A DNA stretch of 64,000 nt from Macrostomum lignano (lineage: Eukaryota): the NCBI GenBank assembly GCA_002269645.1, contig NIVC01003020.1, positions 60,871-124,870 of the forward strand. The letters are read 5' to 3'. Positions within the stretch are counted from its first letter, which is position 1. Every line of letters starts with the position of its first letter. The notes beneath the pieces are model-generated. The model had not been told where the DNA came from. It searched no databases and saw nothing but the letters and a program-made list of their open reading frames with translations. This document shows, piece by piece, positions 10,801-21,687 of this stretch. Position numbers and translations under genes: made by a program.

Positions 10801-12645
10801 CTTCCAAATGACCATTAGAGATATCACTGATAGGTTGGACAAGCCAAAATTAACAATTCATTGAAGCTTACTCAGCATGGATCTTGTGAAGCTCAGCCTA
10901 TAATTTGTGTAACTCTATGGTACATATACTGCTACTTTCATGGGTATAACTTTTGTTCTCTGGTATCAATTTTAAAAATTCAAAAAGCAGTCTATAAAAG
11001 AGATTTGCCACTATCAGTTCATAAAATTATAAATCATAAGAAGCTATAGAACGAGAGCTACAGTAAAAAGTATCAATAATTTTTGGACACCCCTTATAAT
11101 TGGAATCCATAGTTCATTCCACAATTTACCATTCTGCTGCAGGTTTGGCATTCCTTTGCTTTATAATCATTCCAAATAGTGACAATCACCTTAAACAGTG
11201 ATGATCACTATAAAAAAAGTTGTAAGACATAAAATCTATAGTTTCTAATGAAATGAAATTAAACAAAAACAAACTTGTTTATTTCAAAAAATGGTAAGTT
11301 TGTCACCCTATTGCAGCGCATGGCTTAAGTACGCCAGACGCCTACACAACCTGCGCCACGCTGTGAAATGACTTACCTGTGAAAGAAACCCTAAAGTTTT
11401 GGGTAAACGGCAGGAGTAACTATGACTGTCTTATCAAGCCTAAATGCCTCGGCATCTAATTAGTACCGCGCCGCGCCGTACTAATCGCCGCGCGCCGTAC
11501 ACGCCGCGCCGCGCCGTATTAGATCCGCGCCGGACGCCGTCCGCCAAAATGCCCATGCGCTGCAATCAGGGTTTGTCATAGCACCTTATATTTCACCTTT
11601 GGTTTACGATCACCCAAACATACTTTGCCCATTGTGAATCGAAGCTGGCAATAGGAAAGCCTGTCAAACTAATTTCAATTGTCATGTTGCAAGTTTGAGC
11701 TATGGTAGCCTATATATTTCACCTTCAGTTTACAATCACCCAAATGTATATTACGCATTAAAATGATTGTGAACCAAAGCTGGCTATAAAAATGTTTTAA
11801 GGGTTGAAATGCTTTCTTACAGCCAACTTTGGTTCCCGATCATTTCAACGGAGTGCATGTGTGGAAGTGATCGTAAACTGAAAGTAAAAGGGGGTGGCAC
11901 TGAAGATTAATTATACTAAGGTAGGGTTGACATGCTTTCCTACAGCTAGCTTTGGTTCACGATCAATTCAATGGGGAATATATGTTTGGGTGATCATAAA
12001 TTGAAGGTAAAATATAAGATGCTATAACAATCTTACTATCTTTTGAAATAAACTTTCTTTTGAAATATATATAAGCTATTAGTAAACCAATGTATAATCC
12101 TTTCAATTTCAAATAAACAAAGTTAGTTGATCAGCCAACTTTTGCTTTTTTCATTTGAAACTACCATTGGTTTTTATGTCTTAATTTTGAACATGCCATT
12201 TTTGCATTGCAATAAGCAAATATATTATAAGGTGATCATAAACCAAAACTCAAGTTGGACAGTGATCGTAAACCAAAGGATTGCTGCAGGTTCTACATTT
12301 TTACCATGCTATTCCATTCTATTTTTGTTGCAGATTCTGCGTTTTACTGGGTACCTGTGTAACTGTGTTTTATCAACTTCCTTTTCTTCTCTTCTTGTTT
12401 GACATATTTAGTAAATTAGCCCTAGCTAGAATACTATTGCAAAATCTCTTGACTTGGTGGCTATGAAAAACATAATAATTAATACTAAGATACATAGATC
12501 AAGTGAATCGGAAAGGCTTACTTTCAATTAGCTTTTGCTTAAAGTCGGGTGCACTTCGACGCTTTTGATCGAAATATACACAGTAACCTAGAAATGCAGC
12601 ACCAAGACCCGCACCAATAGCTAAATATTGTCTTCCTGTAATCAT
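4889..12645 (-). CDS. TOMM20: Mitochondrial import receptor TOM20, 3 exons: 12645-12522, 5352-5006, 4924-4889 (168 aa)
   Basis: N-terminal anchor AGLGAAFLGYCVYFDQKRRSAPDFK, core FFMEEVQTGESLL..GVEHLATAIAVCAQP..LQQTLP, C-terminal EDDVE*; GT-AG sites with consistent phases (1, 0). Confidence 0.95.
7571..8648. repeat. Degenerate minisatellite in TOM20 intron 1 (GGGCACTGGGTACTGCTGTGACT-type units)
   Basis: Tandem reiteration visible directly; source of the spurious repetitive ORFs at 7529-8670. Confidence 0.95.
10124..11096 (-). mobile_element. Decayed Tc1/mariner-like DNA transposon remnant
   Basis: 31-bp imperfect TIRs (CGAAGGGTATCCGAAAAGTAGTGATACTTTT vs reverse complement TAAGGGGTGTCCAAAAATTATTGATACTTTT, 7 mismatches) flanked by TA; interrupted minus-strand fragment SVSHSDHHF resembles the mariner DLSPSDYHLF motif. 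Confidence 0.6.
11306..11570. mobile_element. 265-bp MITE with 8-bp TSD, carrying a 28S rRNA-like segment
   Basis: TIRs CCCTATTGCAGCGCATGG / CCATGCGCTGCAATCAGG; TSD GTTTGTCA at 11298-11305 and 11571-11578. Confidence 0.85.
11401..11464 (+). other. Fragment similar to the conserved 28S rRNA helix 69-71 region (not an rRNA gene)
   Basis: GGGTAAACGGCAGGAGTAACTATGACTGTCTTATCAAGCCTAAATGCCTCGGCATCTAATTAGT versus recalled 28S GGGTAAACGGCGGGAGTAACTATGACTCTCTTAAGGTAGCCAAATGCCTCGTCATCTAATTAGT. Confidence 0.85.
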
Positions 12646-13099
12646 TATTAAAGCCCGCAGAACAACACTGTTTCTTAAGATAAAACTTGAGTTTACACAA
12701 ATTGAAATTCGCTTAGTCAAAAAACAGTTGCTGCCTACAGCTCGTACAGCTCGGCGGTGGTAAGTGGAGGAGATCGAAGGGAACGGAATGTTTTTCCTAG
12801 AAAAAGTGTAGTAGATGGCTATGTTTTCTATAAACTTCTTCTAATGTAACCAAAAAATGTTTTTATAAATGCACCTAATTTTTATTGCGTCTTTTCTTCT
12901 AGAGTAGGAAAGCGTTTGCTTTGTTTTAACTTACTATTGCCACTTTTATTCTATTTCAAAAGGGCTTTTACAGAAATCTGAAACTGGAATTATATATTAA
13001 CGAGTCAAACGTAGAGCGATACAGGATACACTATATTGACTATTGTTATCACAACTTCTTAACTCGTATTCTTTGTGAAAAAAATTGCTTTCATTTCTA
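12646..13099. promoter_or_regulatory. Probable bidirectional promoter region between TOM20 and LIN52
   Basis: Divergent start codons only 454 bp apart; no specific elements identified. Confidence 0.55.
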
Positions 13100-16000
13100 A
13101 TGGCGGCATCGGGTAATTTTTTCTTTTTAATTACAAGTTGTTTATTGTTTAAGTTCTAACTTCTATTCACTAACGACTAGACCTATTCACTACTAACTAG
13201 ATACTACTATTCATCAAAGTCAATAGAGTTAGACCTACACTTCAATAATATAATCAAAGGAAAGTTGTAATAGTGTAGAATTTATTGTATCACCTATTTT
13301 TTATTTGGTTAGGTGGCATTCTTTCATTATGCAATCCCTTTGCACTTTGGCTATGTATTGCTATTGATTTATTATGCAATCTCCTCTACTGCTGCACTGT
13401 TTTGTTATATAATCCCTCTTAAGAAAGTCAAGGCAATGTTAGTTGTATTTGTACAAATTAACAAAAAGCCACATTATATATTTACTTTTGCAATACTATC
13501 TTTCAAATTGTAAGTTTGTTTAAAATTATATTGGGAAGAATGGATAATTTTAGGTCTAACAAAAGTGAGGTCACTGGTCAGATCATCATATTCCATTTCG
13601 TCATATCGGATGACAAAGTGACCAGAAGCAAAGTAGCTTTGAAAAATAATATGACAAAGTGACCAAATATTTAGTTATGTTGGATACTTTGTCATCAAAC
13701 CAATCAATCTTGTGAGATTCAAGTTAGGTTCTAGTGTAAACTATTTTTGTCTTTATTAACTATAAGCTGTGGCAAGCAGAACCAATCGATCAACAGGTTT
13801 TATCAATCAAGATGTCAAAATGACTGGGATGATTAGGATTCTATGTAAATATGTTTAATTGCCACATTAATTCACTTGGAAGTTGGAACTGGTGGATGAT
13901 GAAATGACTCTCTTGAGGTAGTGCATGCAAATCAAGATGACGAAGTGACCCTAGTCGAGGTAGGCACCCCAGACACCCCAGATGACGAAATGGCAGATGA
14001 CGAAGTGACTAGGAACCCAAAAGTGAAAGGGGTGATATTTCATTTTGTGATCACTTCAATGGCAATTTTGCATCTTGTATTGTAGATTGTATTATAAAAA
14101 GGTAGCAAACACTTATCAAGTTATTTCCAACAATTATAACATTTTTTTTGCTTATTTTATACAGAATCTAGACCATGCACACCCTCCTTATCAGTGGCAA
14201 ATCTATAATTTCATTTTAGAGAAGGGCAGTCTAAGTTTGAGATGCCAACACAAGTTTAAGATATTAATTTTTAAGCAAAGGGAGAAAAAATGTATGTAAT
14301 GGGCAAAAAAATCAAGTTTAAATATGCAAAAATGCATGTAAAAGGCAAAAAATGAAGCTTGCAGGCATTAAAAGGCATTTTAAAGTGAAAAATCAAGCCT
14401 AAAGGTACAAAAAAGGCATTTGGAAGCAAGGTACAAAGGTACAAATTTAGGTCTTTGGGGGTGCAATATGTTTTTAAAGCCCTTTTTGGGGGAACAACAG
14501 CCTCCCTTTGGCTTTTCCTTCTCCCTAAATCTACCCTTGTTTTTCATTTTTGTCTTATGCTCTATTACATGGAGAATTCATTTAAAATTTTATTAGGAGG
14601 ATCATAAAACTAAAGTGAAAAATATGTATAGAATGTTTAAGACTTTTAAGAACCCAGAAAAAGAAATGTCTCTAAGTTAAATATAATAAATAGAAAAATA
14701 AGGCAATAGTGCAGTTTCATTTGCAAAATTTTTTTTCATTTAAATTTGAAAGTTCAAAACCAGAAAACAATAACAACAATGTTTTAAACCATTCTAGCAA
14801 CTGTGCCAGAGCTCACTGGTCATGGAACTTTAAAGCAAATGGGTGCTCTATTAATATACTTTTTTCATTAAATCTGTGCCACACTTGAATACTACTTGAA
14901 ATGCAATTTGTCTATGGAAAAAAATACAATAGTTTAAAGAGTCAAAAGGGGCTCAAGTGGGGGGGGGGCTTGAACTGTTTCCCTTTAGCTGAGAAGCTGC
15001 TAATATCTGCTTTTTCTTTTGGACAACATATTGTATCATGGCTGGACGACCACCAAGACCCTTGTGGATAATTCTGCCAAATGATGTGCTGCCAGCAAAT
15101 GCTCTACCGCAACTAGAGCTAAATGTGTGCAACCTGATGGCTGCCATGGTCTCTGCCACAATCATTAGAATGGTTTAAAACATCAATTTTTATTGTTGTT
15201 ATTGTTTTCTTGTTTTGAACTTTCAAATTTAAATGAAAAATAATTTCGTAAACTAAACTGCACTATTGCCAAAAATAATTCTAACATATGATCAAAATGC
15301 TAATATAAATAATATTGGTATATAAAAGCATGTAACATTAGACAAATAAAACCAATTAGAGGGGCACTATGAGGGCAAATACCTTTTTAGGGAAAAAAAG
15401 AGGCATCTTCATTGCCATTACCCCCCCCCTTTCTAAATCTGCCACTGAGAGTTTAGGACTAAATAGGATAGGATTAGTATTTTTATGATTAGATAGGATG
15501 AACATTCAAATTTTTACAAGGAATCTAAATTTTAAATAATATTGATTTTATAATTATCTATATTATTAATAGACTATTTTGGTCTTTATACCCTAATAAC
15601 TTTTTTATTTCTTTTAGATGATGATTTAATGACCAATGAAGTCTTAACTGAGTTTCATTCAGCAACTTCTGGTGAGAGACTTGTCTTTTTTAAATATATT
15701 TTATATATTCTTTTATTGTAACTTGATTATACCTTTGCATTGTTTATATTGTTTCAGAAAAAGAAGATGACTTGCTAGCTAGTTCTGCTAAGGTATGTTG
15801 TTTTCTTCTGGTATTTCTCTTCAAGTATGTAAATCAGTTTGTCTTGTGTCAAGTACCCAGGTTCAGTTGTGTGTAAGGCCATTTTCAATTGAAACTGCAA
15901 AAATGATTGGCCTGGGACTTGTGCACAGTGGTTGGCCTGTGCTTACTAAACTATGCATAAATACTTAGCAATGGGAAAGTCAACCCCCTGTCTGCTGTGC

Positions 16001-16422
16001 TGCTTAGACATTCATTTGTGTGCTCAGGCTGAGTTCCCAAAGCCCTGCAGAGTTGCAGACTAACCAGCTAAAATAATGGAGTACACTTAACAGGACATGA
16101 GCTATCTGCAGTTAAATGATTGCATGGGCTGGCAGAGGGCATTAATTGCTGTGGGTTCGCTAGCAATCCATTGCTTTCCCCTTTGCAGATCGTGTTGCCA
16201 GTTCTGGTTGCCAAATACGAGGCGGAGCTGGAGAAGTCCGACCTGGAGATGATCCATGACCTGGGCAGCCTGTCCGTGAGCCAGGTGCTGGAAAAGGTGC
16301 GCCAACTGCAGGCCCTGGTGGCGGCTTACGAGAAGGACGAGCAGCGCGAGATGCAGCGGGCCAAGCTGCTGAACATCATCGACCAGGCTGCGTCTGGCAG
16401 CGGCAGCGGTGCCCAGCAGTGA
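13100..16422 (+). CDS. LIN52: LIN52-like subunit of the MuvB/DREAM complex, 4 exons: 13100-13112, 15618-15671, 15758-15792, 16189-16422 (111 aa)
   Basis: AELEKSDLEMIHDLGSLSVSQVLEKVRQLQ..DEQREMQRAKLLNII matches the LIN52 C-terminal domain (AEIERDDIDMLKELGSLTTANLMEKVRGLQ..DESREMTRGKFLNIL as recalled); all GT-AG phases fit (1, 1, 0). The 13-nt first exon is the least certain part. Confidence 0.85.
13570..14018. mobile_element. Degenerate MITE-like element in LIN52 intron 1
   Basis: CCATTTCGTCAT near 13586-13602 inverted against GATGACGAAATGG/GATGACGAAGTGAC at 13981-14010; ends not well defined. Confidence 0.4.
14702..15270. mobile_element. 569-bp MITE with long TIRs and 8-bp TSD
   Basis: About 110-bp inverted repeats starting GGCAATAGTGCAGTT and ending AACTGCACTATTGCC; TSD AAAAATAA at 14694-14701 and 15271-15278. 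Confidence 0.85.
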
Positions 16423-17138
16423 GCAGGCAGCTCATTGATTCCTTCGGCTGTCCCTGAGACCGAATTTAATGTACATAGGCTCATTTAGCGTGTTGTGCAT
16501 TTGTCAGGCGTTGGTCAATGTAAAATCAGCCCCGAGTGTCCACTAATTCTGGGTGATGTTTTATTTGAACAATTTTCGGGTAAACATTTTTGTTGCTGTT
16601 CAATAATTCTGCATGCGGTAACTGTAACTCGATGCCACTGCTTGTTATTAATTTATTATAATTATAATTTACTAATTTGTCACTTTAACTCACGTTCTCA
16701 GTTACCAATTCATTGCGGCAAAGAATATCCGTTTTTTTTCTTTTCCTTTCTCTCTCTGACACGGCCGTCTCGTGAAACCAACACCCATAACACGAGTGCG
16801 CGGATTCATCCCATAAACTAACAATCTCGAGCCAAAGTCAATTCGCCAGGTCGCCATGCATGTTAGGACTAGGTTTTAGGTTAGGACTAGCAGTCAGCGC
16901 CCCCACCAACGCGGGAGCGAACAAAGAATGTGTTGTGTCGTAGTGAGTCGGAAAAGATTGGTCAGGCTTGTTATATAAAAGTACATATACAATCGTATAT
17001 TTGAATCCGGCTCGTAGCCACAACAAGATGTGTTGTCTTGTTTTAGAAAGTAACAGAGTTAGTGAACAGCAAAAGTCAAACTAAAATATTCAATACCATA
17101 GACATCACAGAATGGAATGATTTTTTTAAACTACATGT

Positions 17139-18093
17139 CAAGGACAACTTGATAACTCAGGACCCGAAACGAGCCAATTAATGGCGAAAAAAGTATGAGG
17201 CTCGTTTAAAAGCATTGTTCTATATGGCCCATCCAAAGCTGAGTTCTTCGCATGCACTTGCAATTGAGAGAGAGAACTTTTATTCCTGCTGAAACTAAAT
17301 ATCATCCCGAGAAAATGCAGCGTCATTTTCTGTTGTGCAAACTACAATAGTAACCGTGATCGGAATGTTGCAGTATTTTCGTTTCCTAAAGATGCAACTG
17401 AACGAGAGGCTTGGCAACTGTCTCTCCCTAATCAACTGACGGTAAGACTTTCTTCAAATGTGCTTTGTGAATCAGATTTAGCCTGGCCACATGAATGCAT
17501 TAACAATTTTGCTGTTGTTTAGACCGTGACAGACTACATGGGCGTGTGCGCTAAGCACTGGCCCAAGATGCACCAATGATAAAAAAGGGAAGAAATGAAA
17601 GGCCGCTACATCCACCATCTTCAAGGGTTATGTTCAACGAGGAGCAAAGAGCGCTCCTTCGCCGGATAAAGTGCACGATAGAAAAATGAAGCTGAGTGGA
17701 CAGTGAGCGAACCTGGAGCAAACACTTCACTATTTATCATAGTCAGCTCTTGTCCCGTTCTGTGACTGTTATTTTACTCTCTGTTTGTACAATACTTCAG
17801 ATGAAGAAAGAATCAAATTTTTCTCGAGTTTCCTTATACATGTGCTGCGTGTACAGCTTTCCCATTGTGTATTTTCACGACGTTTACTTTATGTAATAAA
17901 ACTATTCAACATTTAAGAAAACCGACCCTGCACCCTTCTGACTGCCTATCAAAAAGTCAAATATGATACGAGTATATAAATTGGCAACTGAAAGCATACG
18001 GATGGGCCATAGAACAATGCTTTTAAACGAGCCTCATACTTTTTTCGCCATGAATTGGCTCGTTTCGGGTCCTGAGTTATCAAGTTGTCCTTG
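17139..18093 (+). mobile_element. Non-autonomous P-element-like transposon with a disrupted THAP domain
   Basis: About 105-bp TIRs (CAAGGACAACTTGATAACTC...), perfect TSD CTACATGT (17131-17138, 18094-18101); internal frame PRKCSVIFCCANY..VFSFPKD..EREAW..(intron GTAAGA..TTTAG)..VCAKHWP = THAP signature. Confidence 0.88.
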
Positions 18094-18109
18094 CTACATG
18101 TATAGCTTC

Positions 18110-18270
18110 TGACCTTAGCCTTGACATCTCAGCAGCTCGCCCGCCAGCCTTAACATTTCAGCAAGCCCACCCGTAAGCTTTGATATCTCAGCAATTCTAC
18201 CTTACCCGTAAGCTTTGATATCTCAGCAATTCCCCCCGTAAGCCTTGACATCTTAACAATTTCCCCATAA
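18110..18270. repeat. Short degenerate tandem repeat (CCGTAAGCTTTGATATCTCAGCAATT-like)
   Basis: 4-5 visible copies. Confidence 0.7.
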
Positions 18271-18431
18271 GCACAGATAAAGCGTGCCATTTGATGTACC
18301 CTGTGGCTGTTTTCAATGCGTATTTATTGTTGTGAAGGCAATGCAGTTTTGTTAGAAATGTTCAAAATGTGTGTAAAATTGCTGGACATGATACATGTCG
18401 CAGTACATGTACATGTACACGCCGTGGCAGG

Positions 18432-19728
18432 TCAACCTTTGTCACTGTCGTCCGACTGTTCGCCATCGCCAGGGAGCAGAATGTCTTCAACAGCTTCAGC
18501 CCGCAGCTTCAGCCACTTGTCGCCGTCCTGCATGACCCTGCGGAACTCGGCCAGATCGATTCGCCCGTCGCCGTCCCTGTCGGCCAGGCGCAGCATCATC
18601 TCAGTCTCGACATCCGTGAGCCGCTCGCCCATGTTGAGCATGGCCTGCTTCAGATCGCTAGCGTTGATAAAGTCTGCGGAGCGCGGGTGTCACTGCAGGA
18701 TCGCGCATGCCGGATGACTTGCATGCACTGCATATGAGACAAAGCTGAGCCATTTGAAACGGAAATGGTTAATCCAGGGGCGGATCGCCACCGGGGGGAC
18801 ATGTCCCCCCCCAGTAAAAGCTATGAGGGGACATGCCAATGCTTTGTCCCCCCCCCCACCCCATCTTGTTGACCCATTATGGAAATCAATAATTTTGCTT
18901 CAGGGCAACAAAACATAGCGCCTGCAGCACCAAAATGAGTGACTGCGGCGCTAAAATGTGTGCTTGTAGCGCCAACATGAGTGCCCGCTTTGAGACAAAA
19001 GTAGTAGTGCCTGCGGCGCCATGAGTGTCCGCGGCGCGCTAAAATAGTGCCTGCGGCGCCTAAATGAGTGCCTGCGGCGCTAAAATGAGTGCCTGCGGCG
19101 CCATGAGTGCCCGCGGCGCGCTAAAATAGTGCCTGCGGCGCCATGAGTGCCCGCGGCGCGCTAAAATAGTGCCTGCGGCGCCAAAATGAGTGACAGTAGA
19201 ATTCTCGGCTTTGTCCCCTCCCCCACCATAGAATCCTTGGCGACGCCTCTGGTTTAATTATAAAAGAATTTTGGCGGATGTCTCGTACATGTAGATGTGC
19301 ATGAACTCACTGTCTCCGTCCAAGTCGAATAGTCTAAACGCTTCTTGGACTTCGCTTTCCAGCACGGAATCGGTGACTCGGTACCGCATGACCTGCTTGA
19401 ACTCGTCAAAGTTGACCGCGCCGTTGCCGTCCTTGTCGATCTCCTGGATCATTTTCTGCAAAGCCGTGCTTTTATTTATAAAGCAGGTGTGAATGAATCT
19501 TTCTAAATTCTGACTTTCAACTCTGTGTGGTGTCTTCTCTCTCCGTTAATATTATTGAGCACCTAAATGGCTCACCTTTAGCTCATCGTCAGACGGTTTG
19601 AAGCCGAACGCCCGCAGCGCGTGCTCCAGCTCTTTGATCGTGATGTCGCCACTGCCGTCTTCATCAAACAGCGAGAAGGCCTCTTCCAGCTCCTCGACCT
19701 GCTCCGGGGTCAGGTCCTGGTCTGACAT
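18432..19728 (-). CDS. Calmodulin/centrin-like four-EF-hand protein, 3 exons: 19728-19576, 19455-19311, 18673-18432 (179 aa)
   Basis: EF loops [48 protein letters not shown]; GT-AG junctions in phase (0, 1). Confidence 0.92.
18775..19251. mobile_element. hAT-like MITE in intron 2 of the EF-hand gene, with internal GTGCCTGCGGCGC repeats
   Basis: Ends CAGGGGCGGATCGCCA / TGGCGACGCCTCTG; imperfect 8-bp TSD GGTTAATC / GTTTAATT. Confidence 0.65.
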
Positions 19729-21687
19729 GCAGTGACAGAATGATTCAGGCTAAGTGAGAGCTGAGCAAGCAGACAAGGCTGGGGTTCGGACACTTGTTAA
19801 GCAGAGCCTAATTGTTCGATGGCTTGCATTTAAAAGGCTGAGCGACCTCACTAAAAGTTTTTTAAAGCCTCTACTGTGTGCGGCTGCGGGGTCTGAGAGC
19901 CGCCGATCCTGACGCTCGCCTGTCTCTGGGCGCCATGCAGCTGAGCCAGGCCGGGTGCGAATGAGTGGCGCCACTTGTCCACCCTGGGGGAGACAGAAAT
20001 CCGAGTAAAAGTGGCCCACCGAGGGGGGGTCATTAAAAGCACTGTAGGCCATAAATTTCTCCTTCCTATGGCTGGCTGAACGATAAGGAATGTCTTAATT
20101 ATAATAGGATTAAATTTAGAACCCCTGTACCCAGGCAAGTGAGCGCATCACTTGGTCTGGCTCGCAATGACCAGCAGCAATGCGCATACTTTTATTGGTG
20201 GCATTCAATCTTAGCACTGCAGCTTCCCGCCCTGTGCAGTTACCGTGTCATTTAATTCACTTTGTGTGCAGCCAGTGGTTTTTACCGTTTGGCATTAAGA
20301 TTACACTCCACGCTGTTGCTTGCCACTTAAAATTCTTTCTTAGTCTTGCGTATTCGCTGGGAACTGCAAGCTGAACAGTCTGGCAGGATAAGCACCAGAC
20401 AACTTCTGTCAGCTTTCTGCCGGAGCACCACGAAAGTGCGTAGCTGCAGGCGCAGATGAAGAGAAGCCTGAGTGCTGCATCAAGACTGCCTGTCTTCAGA
20501 TTCAGCCTCAGCTTCAGCTAGACTGGGCTGCAGATCTGGTGGAGAGCGGAAGAAATGTTCTGCGCAGAATTGCAGCTTTTGTAATGTCTTTTTCAATTTT
20601 GAGGATGCAGATTGCCCAAACTCAGCGTGCTGCGCCGGTGTCCACTGCCGCTAATTTCTGCTTTAGGAAAGAAAAGTTGGCGGATATTGCGGTGGAATAT
20701 TTTACCACTGCATAGCAACTGCGCTGAAACTATTTGACATTTACGAATCTGATGGCCGACAGGCACGCCAGGGTCCGGGACTCACTGGTTGCCCTTCAGT
20801 TCATCCGCCCTGTTCTAACAAGATCGGTACTGTGCTGTGAAAGATGGTCTTGGTGATTAAGAATTCTGTAAGTCTTGTTTTTACTTCTCAATTTCCATGG
20901 CTACATGCGCTAGTTTGTCATATATTCGGGATGGCCATTCACGAACGGCTTGTGTGGCCATAGAAGGAATTGTAAAATTCCTTGGAACGTGATGGGTGAG
21001 ACTACTGAACTCAACTGTGTCAGTAGTATTGTTGCCATTTTCATTAGAAATGAATTTTTTCCGAATTTTGTTTAATTTAATCTCCATACACTCAATACAA
21101 AATGTTCCACCCTATATTTACACGCTCTTAGGTGCCCCTGCTAAACTGAGTAAAGAGATTCGCGAGAGTCTTGCGAGTGTTGCAGCTTTGCTGTATGCGA
21201 TTTAGAACACAACTACAAAAGCAGAAAATCTACTGGGGCTTCATGCATTTATTTGATCCAATCTGGTGCGCATGTTTAAATAGTTCAAAGCGACACTGCA
21301 ACAGTCTGATAAAAATGAGAGTTTCGTCTACCGAAGGCTCTCTCGTGCGTACAAAAATAAGCCACCTATATGCATACAAGGCAAATCTGGGACTGTTTAT
21401 GGCTCCATAGCCTTCCTTTTAGACGTTTGCTGAAGGATGCGCCTGCATGTTCAACTATACAGAATATGGCAAAATCACTGGTAGATGAGGCGGCAGGCAT
21501 CTATCAGATCTATAATACAGAAGCTTCAGTACAGACCGTAAACACGTTATTTCGGTAAGATGCATGCGAGAGGCAGCTGTGTAGTGGCTTGAATGAAGCG
21601 GCTTTGCTTGGAAGCTGTTAGAGCCGACACTCAACTGTGACAACTTCCTTAGTGCACAGGCCGTCCAGAAAATAAAAGAGAGGCCAA

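Larger units (their letters stand above)
11293..12037. mobile_element. Older palindromic MITE-like element, interrupted in its left arm by the 11306-11570 insertion
   Basis: Left arm GTAAGTTTGTCATAGCACCTTATATTTCACCTT..GATCACCCAAACATA (after removing the insert) mirrors 11925-12037. Confidence 0.6.

Noticed and set aside
11401-11464. A true rRNA gene or group I intron
   Set aside because: Only 64 nt match, helix pairings are broken, and the flanks are TIR-element sequence with no group I core recognisable
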